From the NCBI GenBank assembly GCA_964480145.1, contig CAYZOI010000004.1, positions 1 to 40,687 on the forward strand: a stretch of DNA of 40,687 nucleotides, written 5' to 3'. The DNA comes from an uncultured Dehalococcoidaceae bacterium (GTDB taxonomy: Bacteria > Chloroflexota > Dehalococcoidia > Dehalococcoidales > RBG-16-60-22). Shown here piece after piece: positions 28,790 through 38,086 of this stretch. Made by a program: the position numbers and the translations under genes. The first letter of the stretch is position 1, and each line of letters begins with the position of its first letter. The notes beneath the pieces were generated by a model, which saw nothing but the letters and a program-made list of their open reading frames with translations, ran no database searches and had not been told where the DNA came from.

Positions 28790-29851
28790 CTACCCGTCTC
28801 CTTCCGATACTCCAGCTTCACCGAAGGTGGCCATATCGGCCAGAATCCCGGCAGCTACCTCGGCCAGAAATATCCCCAGCGCGGCGCCGGTGCCTTCCCC
28901 CAGGCGCATGTTCAGGCTCAGTAACGGTTCTAACCCCAGGTGCTCGAGCAATATCCGGTGTCCCGATTCCGCCGAAAGGTGAGCGGCAATGAGATGGTCT
29001 TTTACTCCGGGCGACAGGGCGCTGGCAATAAGTGCCGCCGCACCCGAAATAAAGCCGTCTATAACCACCGGAACGCGTCTCGCGGCGGCTCCCAGCATTA
29101 CCCCAACCAGCCCCCCGATTTCAAATCCGCCTACCTTTGCCAGCACTTCCATGGGATTTTCTGGCTCAGGCCGGTTCACCGAGATAGCCCGCTCAATTAC
29201 GGCTATTTTATGCTTCAACTGCTCATCAGTTAAGCCGGTGCCAAGACCGGTTACCTCAGTCACCGGTTTGCCCGTCATAACGGCACAGATGGCACTGCTG
29301 GCCGTGGTGTTCCCGATGCCCATATCACCCGTGCCCACAATATCCAGCCCCCTGTCTGCCTCCTTTGCCACCAGTTCTATCCCGGTCTCCACTGCCTTCG
29401 ATGCCTGTTCCGCAGTCATCGCCGGGCCGCGCGCCATGTTCTGTGTACCAGAGTCAACCTTCCGTGATATCAGGTTGGCATCCTGACCAATTTCGGTGGC
29501 GACTCCCATATCAACGACGATAACTCTCGCTCCCACGTGCCGGGCAACGACATTTATACCTGCCCCACCCCGCAGAAAGTTGGCCACCATCTGAGCGGTT
29601 ACCTCCTGCGGCCAGTTTCCAATTTTCTCCGCCACCACACCATGGTCGCCGGCCATCACCATAACCGCTTTCTCCCTAATCCGCGGGGGTGACTTGCCCT
29701 GAATGCCTGCCAGCTGAATGGATAGTTCCTCCAGACGACCCAGGCTCCCCGGTGGCTTGGTCAGCCTGTCCTGCCTGTCCCGTGCCTTCTCCATCGCCAT
29801 TTGGTCAAGCGACTCGATTTTTTCAATGGTGCTGTTTATCAATTCTGTCAT
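28790..29851 (-). CDS. cobT: Nicotinate-nucleotide--dimethylbenzimidazole phosphoribosyltransferase
   Basis: LTKPPGSLGRLE, AGDHG, GDMGIGNTT, GGFEI, DGFIS, RLGEGTGA; start is ATG 29851 or GTG 29872. Confidence 0.97.
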   Translation of the reverse strand: MTELINSTIEKIESLDQMAMEKARDRQDRLTKPPGSLGRLEELSIQLAGIQGKSPPRIREKAVMVMAGDHGVVAEKIGNWPQEVTAQMVANFLRGGAGINVVARHVGARVIVVDMGVATEIGQDANLISRKVDSGTQNMARGPAMTAEQASKAVETGIELVAKEADRGLDIVGTGDMGIGNTTASSAICAVMTGKPVTEVTGLGTGLTDEQLKHKIAVIERAISVNRPEPENPMEVLAKVGGFEIGGLVGVMLGAAARRVPVVIDGFISGAAALIASALSPGVKDHLIAAHLSAESGHRILLEHLGLEPLLSLNMRLGEGTGAALGIFLAEVAAGILADMATFGEAGVSEGDG

Positions 29852-29868
29852 GGTTTCTCTCCCAACAG

Positions 29869-30981
29869 TCACGCTGGTGACATAAGTTCGCCTCTATCCT
29901 TCATTTCTTTCACGGCAGCCATCAATTTTCGACATTCCGGCAGGGCGCGTGCCGCAATGCGTACGTATTCCGGAAAACCGAAAGACGCACAGTCCCGCAC
30001 CTGGATGCTGCGCTTGAGCAATCGGGCACGGAATACCTCAGCGTTGCCTACTTTGACCAGAAAAAAATGGGTGTCCGACGGCACCGGCGGCAGGCCGAGC
30101 TGAGACAGCCCCTTCCAGAGGAACTGCTTCGCCTCGTTTAGTTTCTGCTTGCTCTCGTTCAGAGCCGTTTCGTGCTCCAGAACCCGGGTCCCGACCTGCT
30201 GGGCAATGATATTTACGTTCCACGGTGGACAGACCTTCCGCAGCGTGCTGATTATCTCTTCACCGGCTACGGCATACCCGAGGCGCAGGCCGACTAAGGC
30301 GTAATCCTTGGTCATAGAGCGCAGCAATATAACGTTACCCTTATGAATTAACTCGATAGCCGCCCAGCTTTGCTCCACGAAAGAAAGATAGGCTTCGTCA
30401 AGAACGAGCAAGCCGTCTCCGATTGTCGTCAAAACCGACTCCACTTCCTGCCGTGATAGATATTTACCCGTGGGGTTGTTGGGATTGCAGATGAAAACCG
30501 CCCTTGGCTGGCACTGGCTGATAAGGTTGCCCAATTCGTCAGTTCGGAGGGCAAAACCATCTTCCGTTCTCAAGCGGTGCTTGACCACTCTGGCTCCGGC
30601 AATGCGACTGGCCAGTTCATACTCGCCATAGGTGGGCTCAGGTATCACAACGCTGTCGTCCTTATCGAAATAGGCCAGGGCAATGAGGCGGATAAGCTCC
30701 GTGCTGCCGCCGCCGACTATGATATTATCAGGCTGGACCTTTAATTTATCGGCCAGCCTCTGTCTCAGTCCAGCCGCTTCTGAATCAGGGTATCGGTCGA
30801 TGGCAAAATCGCCGAGCGGCATTTTTTTTATCTCCGGCGGCGGCATGAAGGGGTTGGTACAAACGCTGAAATCGAGCAGGGTCTCGGGAGAGATACCGCT
30901 GCCTTTCAGTTCAGCGTAATTTATCCCGCCGTGGGGGCATGCCTCCACGTTCCGTACTTCGGGTCTAGGTCGCAAGGACAA
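29869..30981 (-). CDS. cobD: L-threonine-O-3-phosphate decarboxylase (class I/II PLP enzyme, Salmonella CobD-like)
   Basis: HGG, LDFS, RYPD, CNPNNPTG, DEAY, RSMTK, LRLGY, VRDC; located in the cob operon; TTG 30981 follows SD AGGAGG. Confidence 0.85.
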   Translation of the reverse strand: MSLRPRPEVRNVEACPHGGINYAELKGSGISPETLLDFSVCTNPFMPPPEIKKMPLGDFAIDRYPDSEAAGLRQRLADKLKVQPDNIIVGGGSTELIRLIALAYFDKDDSVVIPEPTYGEYELASRIAGARVVKHRLRTEDGFALRTDELGNLISQCQPRAVFICNPNNPTGKYLSRQEVESVLTTIGDGLLVLDEAYLSFVEQSWAAIELIHKGNVILLRSMTKDYALVGLRLGYAVAGEEIISTLRKVCPPWNVNIIAQQVGTRVLEHETALNESKQKLNEAKQFLWKGLSQLGLPPVPSDTHFFLVKVGNAEVFRARLLKRSIQVRDCASFGFPEYVRIAARALPECRKLMAAVKEMKDRGELMSPA

Positions 30982-31897
30982 GATAAATACCTCCTGCCAA
31001 GCCACAGGTCACTATCCATAAAGCTGCGGCGATATACATCAGTTTCAGCGCACCGTCAATTGTTGCCGGTCGAAGAGCGGTCAGTGCTTCTCCCAGTTCA
31101 TATTGTCCGGTCTTCTCCAGTTTTATGTTCAAAGCTCCCGCCATCGCTGCCATCGGCCAGCCGGCGTTCGGGCTTGCCGTCCTGCTGTGCTCGCGGAGCG
31201 CCACCTGCCAGGACCTCCGTCCGTTTTTTCGGGCCAGGTAAGCCGCCAGAACCACAAACAGCGCCGTCAACCTGGCCGGGATAAAATTGAGCACGTCATC
31301 CAGTCGGCCAGCGAACTTGCCCAGGTACTCATATTCACCATGATAACCTATTATAGCATCCAGGGTATTGACCACCCGGTAGGCAACCGCCCCGGGAACA
31401 CCGAAAAGCAGAAAGTAGAACAGGGGCGCCACAAAACTGTCACTGATATTTTCCGCCACCGATTCCACTGCCGCCGATATTATCTTGGGACGGGTCAATT
31501 TCCCGGTATCGCGACTGACGAGCGCCCTAAGCTCAAAACGGGCTTCATCCAGCCTGTCCTGCAGTAAATGCCCCTTTGTTACCAGCGCGGCTCGCCGCAG
31601 CCCTTTTACAGAAAAGGACAGCTTTAAAATTACCGCCCCGGCCACGATGTAGGCCGCGGTGTTGAAGTTGCTCAGATACTGCAGTCCAAAGTAAACGGGC
31701 ACAGCAAACAGCCCCATGACGAAAAGCACCATACCCATACCGTAGATGAATTGAACGACACTGGACCGGCTTTTTAATCCTTTTCTCAGACATGAAACCA
31801 CCCGGCCCATCCACGCCACCGGGTGGACGGCATCCGACGGGTCGCCGAAAACAAAATCGATTATTATTGCCAGAAACAATATGAATAGAATTTCCAT
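30965..31897 (-). CDS. cbiB: Adenosylcobinamide-phosphate synthase
   Basis: GDP...HPV, LVSRD, ESVAEN.SD, YRVVNTLDA, DDVLNFIPARL, SPNAGWP. Confidence 0.96.
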   Translation of the reverse strand: MEILFILFLAIIIDFVFGDPSDAVHPVAWMGRVVSCLRKGLKSRSSVVQFIYGMGMVLFVMGLFAVPVYFGLQYLSNFNTAAYIVAGAVILKLSFSVKGLRRAALVTKGHLLQDRLDEARFELRALVSRDTGKLTRPKIISAAVESVAENISDSFVAPLFYFLLFGVPGAVAYRVVNTLDAIIGYHGEYEYLGKFAGRLDDVLNFIPARLTALFVVLAAYLARKNGRRSWQVALREHSRTASPNAGWPMAAMAGALNIKLEKTGQYELGEALTALRPATIDGALKLMYIAAALWIVTCGLAGGIYLVLAT

Positions 31898-32731
31898 TTA
31901 ACCTGGACTAAAATCCTTCTTATTAATATCAACAGGTCCGGGGAGTCTGCCGTTATCTGCCTTGAGCAAAACGCAGGGCAGGCCGTTCCCCGGGTGAGAG
32001 TAGACACTGTTCCCGGCCCCATAGACTTCAGCGATATTTCGCTCGTTAATAACCTCCCATGGTGTTCCCTCGGCGTATATTCTACCTTCGTTAAGCATAA
32101 CCAGTCGGTCACAATATTGCGCCGCCAGATTCAGGTCATGGAGGGCGGCAAGCACCGTCATATTTTTATCGGAGCACAGATTCCTTATCAGGCCGAGTAT
32201 TTCAACCTGTCGACCAATGTCCAGATTTGCCGTTGGCTCATCCAGAAGAATCGCTTTCGTTTCCTGGGCCAGAACACGGGCGATGAGCAAACCCTGTATT
32301 TCCCCTCCGGAAAGCTCGCTTACTCTCCGCTCGGCAAGAGATTGCGTGCCCGTCTTCTCCATAGCCTGCCAGGTGATGGCGATTTCCTTCGGCCCTTCAT
32401 ATTGCAGGAAACCAAGATGTGGATTGCGGCCCATGAGCACTATCTCAAAAGCGGTAAAGGCGCTGGGCAGTAGCGGCATCTGGGGTACCACCCCGATTAA
32501 GTGCGCCAGCTGTTGCCTGGATAACCTGGTTATATCCTGACCATCGACGAGAATCCGTCCTGAAAACGGGGAAATGATGCGGCTTAACGCCCGTATCATG
32601 GTGGACTTCCCGCAGCCATTCGGGCCAATCAGCCCCACTATCTCCCCCGGCTTTGCCCGCAGGCTGACGTCTTGCAGGACAGTCCTGTGATTGTAGCCAA
32701 GCGATACATTCTGCATTTCTATCGTTATCAT
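31898..32731 (-). CDS. btuD: Cobalamin ABC transporter ATP-binding protein
   Basis: GPNGCGKST, LSGGE, LDEPT.NLD, LHDLNLAAQY; located in the riboswitch-led operon. Confidence 0.88.
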   Translation of the reverse strand: MITIEMQNVSLGYNHRTVLQDVSLRAKPGEIVGLIGPNGCGKSTMIRALSRIISPFSGRILVDGQDITRLSRQQLAHLIGVVPQMPLLPSAFTAFEIVLMGRNPHLGFLQYEGPKEIAITWQAMEKTGTQSLAERRVSELSGGEIQGLLIARVLAQETKAILLDEPTANLDIGRQVEILGLIRNLCSDKNMTVLAALHDLNLAAQYCDRLVMLNEGRIYAEGTPWEVINERNIAEVYGAGNSVYSHPGNGLPCVLLKADNGRLPGPVDINKKDFSPG

Positions 32732-32738
32732 ATCCGCC

Positions 32739-33797
32739 TCAGAAAATCACCCGCTTCCGACGCCGCAACAGGTACAGGAAGAAGGGGGCTCCACAAATAG
32801 CCGTGATGACACCAATCGGTATCTCGACCGGCGCCAGCACGGTGCGCGCCAGTATGTCGGCCAGAATAAGAAATATCGCCCCGGTTAGAATCGACAAGGG
32901 GAGCAGAAAGCGGTAGTCGGCACCCCATATCAGGCGCACCGCATGGGGGATGATGATGCCAACGAATCCGATAATGCCCACAAAGGAGACCGCCGCCGCC
33001 GTTATCAGCGTGGCCGCACCGAGTAAGATGAGCTTCAGCCTTTCCACATTGATGCCGAGCTGCTGGGCCTGCTCCTCATCAAGCTGCATCAAATTCAACG
33101 AGCGAGCGTAAAGCAAAAGGACAACCAGGCCCACCAGCATATAGGGCAATACCATTATCGCCTCTGACCACTGGCTCAGGGAAAAGCTGCCCATTAGCCA
33201 GAACATGATACTGTGCAATTTGTCACCGCTGGAAATGATGAGGTAGGAAACGATTGAGGATAATAGCGCTCCCAGTGCCACCCCGGCCAGTATGAGCGTC
33301 GTCACGGGCAGCGCCTTGCCGACGCGGGCCAGCAGATAGACGACGGTGGTGCTGATGAGCGCGCCGGTGAAGGCGAGCAGAGGGATTATACCAAACCCCA
33401 GAGCGTGCCAGCCAGAAGGCAGCAGGAATCCGATTACCGCGCCCAGCGCGGCCCCCTGAGCTACCCCGATTAGATACGGGTCCGCAAGTGGGTTTCGAAA
33501 GAGTCCCTGATAGGTGGCGCCGGCCGCCGCCAGTGCGGCACCCACCAGTCCCGCCAGCATGACTCTGGGCAACCGGATATCAATGACAATCGTCTCCAAT
33601 GTGCTCGCCCACTCGGGCGCTATCTCAACCAGCGGCAGCTTGGAAAGCAGAATGGTGCCGGTGGTTAAGAACGGTATCTTGACGCTCCCAACCGTGGTCG
33701 CAAAAGCCGCGACCACTGCCAGCAGGATAATCAGGCCGGCGATGCCATATATCCGGCCGCGCCAGTGAAGCAAATGCACCGGCGGAGAATTGTTCAT
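32739..33797 (-). CDS. btuC: Cobalamin ABC transporter permease (BtuC/FecCD)
   Basis: IRLPR, QGLFRNPLADPY, IGFVG..IPH, GAPFFLYLL. Confidence 0.9.
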   Translation of the reverse strand: MNNSPPVHLLHWRGRIYGIAGLIILLAVVAAFATTVGSVKIPFLTTGTILLSKLPLVEIAPEWASTLETIVIDIRLPRVMLAGLVGAALAAAGATYQGLFRNPLADPYLIGVAQGAALGAVIGFLLPSGWHALGFGIIPLLAFTGALISTTVVYLLARVGKALPVTTLILAGVALGALLSSIVSYLIISSGDKLHSIMFWLMGSFSLSQWSEAIMVLPYMLVGLVVLLLYARSLNLMQLDEEQAQQLGINVERLKLILLGAATLITAAAVSFVGIIGFVGIIIPHAVRLIWGADYRFLLPLSILTGAIFLILADILARTVLAPVEIPIGVITAICGAPFFLYLLRRRKRVIF

Positions 33798-34765
33798 CTG
33801 GACCCCTCAAACAGTTCGGGATGGATGAATTCCGCAAGCTGTTTCAGACCTTCTACAACCCTTGGCCCGGGACGGCTGGTCAGGTCTGAATCTATCTCAT
33901 ATACCCGGTTATACAATCGGGCTTCCACTTCAGCCAATCTCGATTCCGTCAGGGCAAACAGAACGGGGACATCCTGCCCGCTTCCATGACCGCTGCCGGC
34001 GATAATGACCTGGGGGTTGGCCATAATCACGGCTTCCATACTGATTTTGGGATATTCCTCGGCCAGGTCCCGCGCAATGTTCATACCTCCGGCCGTATGA
34101 ATTAGCTCATGGATGCGCGCTTCCTTACCCACTGTCATCAGCGGGTCATGCCACAGAATATAAAGAACCCGTGGTTTCTGTTCCTCGGTCAGCGCCGCCG
34201 TTTTATCCGTAATCACCTTAACCCGGCTCTCCATTTCCGCGGTTATATGAGACGCCGCCTCTCTTTTTCCTGTAACCCTTCCCATCAAACTGATTGCCTC
34301 CACCACCTCTGCCAGATTTGTCGGGTCCAGAGTAACTACGGTTAAGCCAAGCCCTTCCAGTCGCGGTGTTATTTCATCCTTGTGAATGTTAGTCGCGAAT
34401 ATCAGGTCTGGTTCAATGTCCACTACTTTCTCGATATCAACCGTGGAAAACCCCCCTACCTTCGGTTTCTGCCTGGCTGCCTCAGGGTAATCACAGTATT
34501 CAGTGACGCCCACCAATCTGTCTTCCAGCCCGAGGGCGTACAGGATTTCAGTATTGCTCGGCGCCAGTGATATTATCTTTTCCGGCGATTTCTCTATCCT
34601 GACTGCCCTGCCCGCCTGGTCGACTATTTCCAGAGGAAACGCATCTCCTCCAGCAGGAGGCGCCGCTGGTTCTTCACCGGTAATTTGAGTACAGGCCGCC
34701 GTCAGACCCGTTATCGTGACCAGAGCTATACAGAGCATCGCCATTTTCAGCCACTTTATCTTCAT
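33794..34765 (-). CDS. btuF: Cobalamin-binding lipoprotein
   Basis: Lipobox TAAC, IISLAPSNTE, VGVT.YCDYP, RPGPR; directly downstream of the cobalamin riboswitch. Confidence 0.9.
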   Translation of the reverse strand: MKIKWLKMAMLCIALVTITGLTAACTQITGEEPAAPPAGGDAFPLEIVDQAGRAVRIEKSPEKIISLAPSNTEILYALGLEDRLVGVTEYCDYPEAARQKPKVGGFSTVDIEKVVDIEPDLIFATNIHKDEITPRLEGLGLTVVTLDPTNLAEVVEAISLMGRVTGKREAASHITAEMESRVKVITDKTAALTEEQKPRVLYILWHDPLMTVGKEARIHELIHTAGGMNIARDLAEEYPKISMEAVIMANPQVIIAGSGHGSGQDVPVLFALTESRLAEVEARLYNRVYEIDSDLTSRPGPRVVEGLKQLAEFIHPELFEGSR

Positions 34766-34788
34766 CTCGTTCTCTCCTTATCAGTCTT

Positions 34789-34818
34789 AAAAAACAAAAA
34801 CCCTCGCTCCAGCGAGGG
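34789..34818 (-). terminator. Intrinsic terminator of the cobalamin riboswitch expression platform
   Basis: Minus strand CCCTCGC-tgga-GCGAGGG followed by TTTTTGTTTTTT; upstream GCGAGGAGGGG can pair with the 5' arm as an antiterminator. Confidence 0.85.
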
Positions 34819-34862
34819 GAAATAAAAATTCCTACCCCTCCTCGCGGAGCAATGTAGGATAA

Positions 34863-34979
34863 CAAGGGCTGGCGTTCTGACTTGTGATGGCTCAACCATC
34901 ACTCACAGCGGCGCGGCCGCGTCGGTTTTGCACCGACTTGCCTTCCATTTAAGCCCTGACTCGCGACAGGGCGCCCCTG
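34863..34979 (-). promoter_or_regulatory. Cobalamin riboswitch (compact)
   Basis: Minus strand: TTAA..AAGGCAA, hairpin GTCGGTGCAAAACCGAC, GCCGCTGT, B12-box-like AAGTCAGAACGCCAGCC; closing helix CAGGGGC/GCCCTTG; upstream of btuF. Confidence 0.88.
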
Positions 34980-35068
34980 CCTAACCTTTTCTTATATTAT
35001 AATATAACTTACTATATTTTTCGCGAAAAATCCACCGTTTCAATATTTTCCAGGCGGTTACCCCTACA

Positions 35069-35830
35069 TTACGGTGCCACTATCCTGTTTCTGAGGGTGC
35101 CGATACCCTCAATCTCCACTTCCATAACATCGCCGACCTTTACCGGGCAGGCGCCACCCGGGGGTGTTCCCGTCCAGATCATGTCGCCGGGCTGCAGTGT
35201 CAGAAAAGCCGATATGTAGCTGACCAGTTTCTCAACTCCAAAAACGGTAAGCCCGGTGTTGTTGTCCTGCTGGGCCTTGCCGTTGAGTCGACTCTTTATC
35301 TTCAGGTTATGAGGGTCGAGCCCGGTTACCAGAAAGGGACCCACCGGCCCGGAGGTATCAAAGGCTTTCGCCCTCGTCAGGCGCCCGTCCTTTGCATTAA
35401 GGTCATAGGCAGTCACATCATTGCCGCAAGTATAGCCGAGGACATAATCCAGTGCTTTGTCTTCCGGCACATCTTTGGCCTCGCGTTTGATAACACAGCA
35501 TAACTCACCCTCGTAGCGTAAATCCTCAGATGCTTTCAGGTAGACGACGTCATCATCCGGCCCAACGATAGTATTTCTTGGTTTGAAGAACAGCGCCGGC
35601 TCCTTGGGTGGCTCCCAGCCCATCTCCTTGATATGGTCCATGTAGTTCATGCCGCAGGCAATGGTGATGCTGGGGTCAATCGGGGCTAATAGTTTCACAT
35701 CTCCCAGCTGACACAACTTCGCCCCCTTCTCGAATTCCTGGTAGATGTCGCCCTTGAGGGCATAAATGTCCTCACCTTCGACAATTCCCCAGGTCACCTT
35801 GCCCTGCCACTGAAAACGCGCGATTTTCAC
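35069..35830 (-). CDS. Fumarylacetoacetate hydrolase family protein
   Basis: GMNY..H, FFKP, YEGEL, GNDVT, KAFDT, PGD..WTGTP; start GTG 35830 after SD AGGAGG. Confidence 0.93.
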   Translation of the reverse strand: MKIARFQWQGKVTWGIVEGEDIYALKGDIYQEFEKGAKLCQLGDVKLLAPIDPSITIACGMNYMDHIKEMGWEPPKEPALFFKPRNTIVGPDDDVVYLKASEDLRYEGELCCVIKREAKDVPEDKALDYVLGYTCGNDVTAYDLNAKDGRLTRAKAFDTSGPVGPFLVTGLDPHNLKIKSRLNGKAQQDNNTGLTVFGVEKLVSYISAFLTLQPGDMIWTGTPPGGACPVKVGDVMEVEIEGIGTLRNRIVAP

Positions 35831-35981
35831 TGCTTTTCCTCCTTCTACCCGATAATTTAATGTTTTTATTATCGGTTTATCGCAATGCCTATACAATTTA
35901 GCCGAAAACAGGCGATAAATTCAAGTATAAAATTATCTTTTTTCATCCAGTGTTAACTTAATAATTGAAAAAGAGGTGAGT

Positions 35982-36010
35982 TTGACAGTCAGGAGTGGAG
36001 ATGCTACACT
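35982..36010 (+). promoter_or_regulatory. Sigma70 promoter TTGACA-N17-TACACT (extended TG) for SDR-sucCD
   Basis: -35 at 35982-35987, TG at 36002-36003, -10 at 36005-36010. Confidence 0.7.
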
Positions 36011-36077
36011 ACCAGCGATTTACCGACCGGGACAGCATCTCTACACATTTTCTCACCAGAAATACGGAGGATAAACG

Positions 36078-36890
36078 TTGGGAGAGCGCGTTAAAGGGAA
36101 AGTGGCCATTGTCACCGGTGCTGGCTCAATCACCGCCGGTATAGGCATCGGCAAGGCGACAGCTATTCTTCTCGCCAGAGAGGGTGCCCGGGTCATGCTG
36201 GTTGATTTGAACCCGGAGGCGGCTGAAGAGACCAAGCACGCCATCGATGAGGAAGGTGGAGACAGCTTTGTCTTCCAGGCTGATGTGTCCAAAGCCAGTG
36301 ACTGCCAGAGCCTGGTGGAGAAATGTATCCAGACTTACGGCAGAATTGACATACTGGATAACAACGTCGCTCTGGGGGCGCACGGCGGGCCGGTTGAAAC
36401 CAGCGAAGAAAACTGGGACCGGGTCCTGAATGTCAACCTGAAAAGCATGTTCCTGACCTGCAAGTACACCCTGCCCCATATGGAGAAGCAGGGAAGCGGT
36501 TCCATAATTAATATAGCTTCTATCGTCGCCATAAGGGCAGAACCGAAACCGATGCTTGCTTATGCGGTGTCAAAGGCCGGGGTGCTCGCACTCACCCGGG
36601 AGGTCGCCATTCAGTATGCTCAGAAAGGGATTCGGGTTAACGCGGTATCGCCCGGGCTGATGAAGACCCCGAGGATTGCTCGCTACTATACCGATGCCTG
36701 GGATGGAAAGGTTGACGAGATGTGGAAACAGCGTGATGCCATGTCCCCTACCGGCAAGCAGGGCGATGCCTGGGACATTGCCTACGCTGTCTTGTACCTG
36801 GCTTCAGATGAGGCCAAGTATATAACGGGAGCGAATCTGGTTGTCGATGGCGGCATAACGAGTACCATATCCCAGGGGGCACGCAAATAA
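36078..36890 (+). CDS. Short-chain dehydrogenase/reductase
   Basis: TGAGS...GIG, IINIAS, YAVSK, IRVNAVSPG, VDGG; TTG start after GGAGG. Confidence 0.94.
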   Translation: MGERVKGKVAIVTGAGSITAGIGIGKATAILLAREGARVMLVDLNPEAAEETKHAIDEEGGDSFVFQADVSKASDCQSLVEKCIQTYGRIDILDNNVALGAHGGPVETSEENWDRVLNVNLKSMFLTCKYTLPHMEKQGSGSIINIASIVAIRAEPKPMLAYAVSKAGVLALTREVAIQYAQKGIRVNAVSPGLMKTPRIARYYTDAWDGKVDEMWKQRDAMSPTGKQGDAWDIAYAVLYLASDEAKYITGANLVVDGGITSTISQGARK

Positions 36891-38086
36891 AAATCCACGA
36901 ATATCAGGCAAAAGAACTCCTTTCCGGTTACGGGGTGCCGGTACCTCAAGGCAGGGTAGCGAAAACGGCCGGTGAAGCCAGAGAAGCTGCCCAACAGCTC
37001 GGTGGGCGGGCGGTCCTAAAGGCCCAAATCCATGCCGGAGGCAGGGGCAAAGCCGGAGGCATAAAGGTCGCGGAAACACCGGCGGAAGCAGAGCGAATCG
37101 CCCGAGACCTGCTTGGCACCAGGCTCACCACTCACCAGACAGGACCAGACGGACTGCCGGTGAACGCGGTACTGGTAGAGGAAGCAATTCAGGCGGAGAA
37201 AGAGCTTTACCTCGGTATGCTGCTAGACACATCGACCCGTGCTCCGGTCATGATGGCCAGTGAGGCTGGAGGCGTGGAAATCGAGGATATAGCCGCGAAA
37301 AGTCCTCAGAAAATTCTTAAACAGCAGGTTAACCTGGTCACCGGCCTTATGCCCAACCAGGCACGGATGCTGTCCTATCGACTTAACCTGCCCGGTGAAA
37401 GCGTCCGGCCAGCCACAGAGATGATGGCGGGTATTTACCGGTTATTTATGGAAAAGGAATGCTCTCTGGTAGAAATCAATCCGCTGGTCGTTCTCAAGGA
37501 TGGAAAGTTGCTGGCGCTTGACGTTAAGGTCAATTTTGACGATAATGCCCTGCCCCGACACCAGGACGTGGCCCAACTGCGGGATAGCTCCCAGGAGGAC
37601 CCGTCAGAGGTGGCAGCGGGTGATATTGGCCTGAACTACGTTAAGATAGGCGGCGATGTAGGCTGCCTGGTCAATGGCGCCGGCCTAGCCATGGCCACCA
37701 TGGACCTGATAAAGCTGGCGGGGGGCGAGCCGGCCAACTTCCTGGATTTAGGAGGAGGCGCCAATGAAGAACAGGTTGCCAGTGCTCTCAAGATTCTTCT
37801 TGCTGACCCCAAGGTCAAGGCCGCCTGGATAAACGTGTTCGGCGGCATCCAGAGATGCGATGCGGTGGCGAAAGCCCTGGTATGGGTGCTCAAAGAAAGG
37901 GGAGTAAAGATTCCGTTTATTGTCAGAATGAATGGCACCAACCTCAAGGAAGCGATGCAAATCCTGGAAGAGTCCGGGCTGAATATAACCTTTGAGGCAG
38001 ATCTGGTGAAGGCGGCCGAAACGGCCGTCTCAATGGCAAAGCTGGGAGAGGGCGCGCCAGATAGAGATGCCGGGGAACGAAAATGA
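36887..38086 (+). CDS. sucC: Succinate--CoA ligase (ADP-forming) beta subunit-like, apparent ATA start
   Basis: In-frame [15 protein letters not shown]-terminus, [39 protein letters not shown]. Confidence 0.93.
   Translation: MKIHEYQAKELLSGYGVPVPQGRVAKTAGEAREAAQQLGGRAVLKAQIHAGGRGKAGGIKVAETPAEAERIARDLLGTRLTTHQTGPDGLPVNAVLVEEAIQAEKELYLGMLLDTSTRAPVMMASEAGGVEIEDIAAKSPQKILKQQVNLVTGLMPNQARMLSYRLNLPGESVRPATEMMAGIYRLFMEKECSLVEINPLVVLKDGKLLALDVKVNFDDNALPRHQDVAQLRDSSQEDPSEVAAGDIGLNYVKIGGDVGCLVNGAGLAMATMDLIKLAGGEPANFLDLGGGANEEQVASALKILLADPKVKAAWINVFGGIQRCDAVAKALVWVLKERGVKIPFIVRMNGTNLKEAMQILEESGLNITFEADLVKAAETAVSMAKLGEGAPDRDAGERK

Noticed and set aside
29869-30981. Annotation as hisC
   Set aside because: The N-terminal HGG motif and the position between cbiB and cobT favour threonine-phosphate decarboxylase.
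35876-35919. Inverted repeat TTTATCGC...GCGATAAA in the FAH/SDR divergent region
   Set aside because: 8-bp arms with a 28-nt spacer in AT-rich DNA; may be chance, and no regulator gene is nearby.
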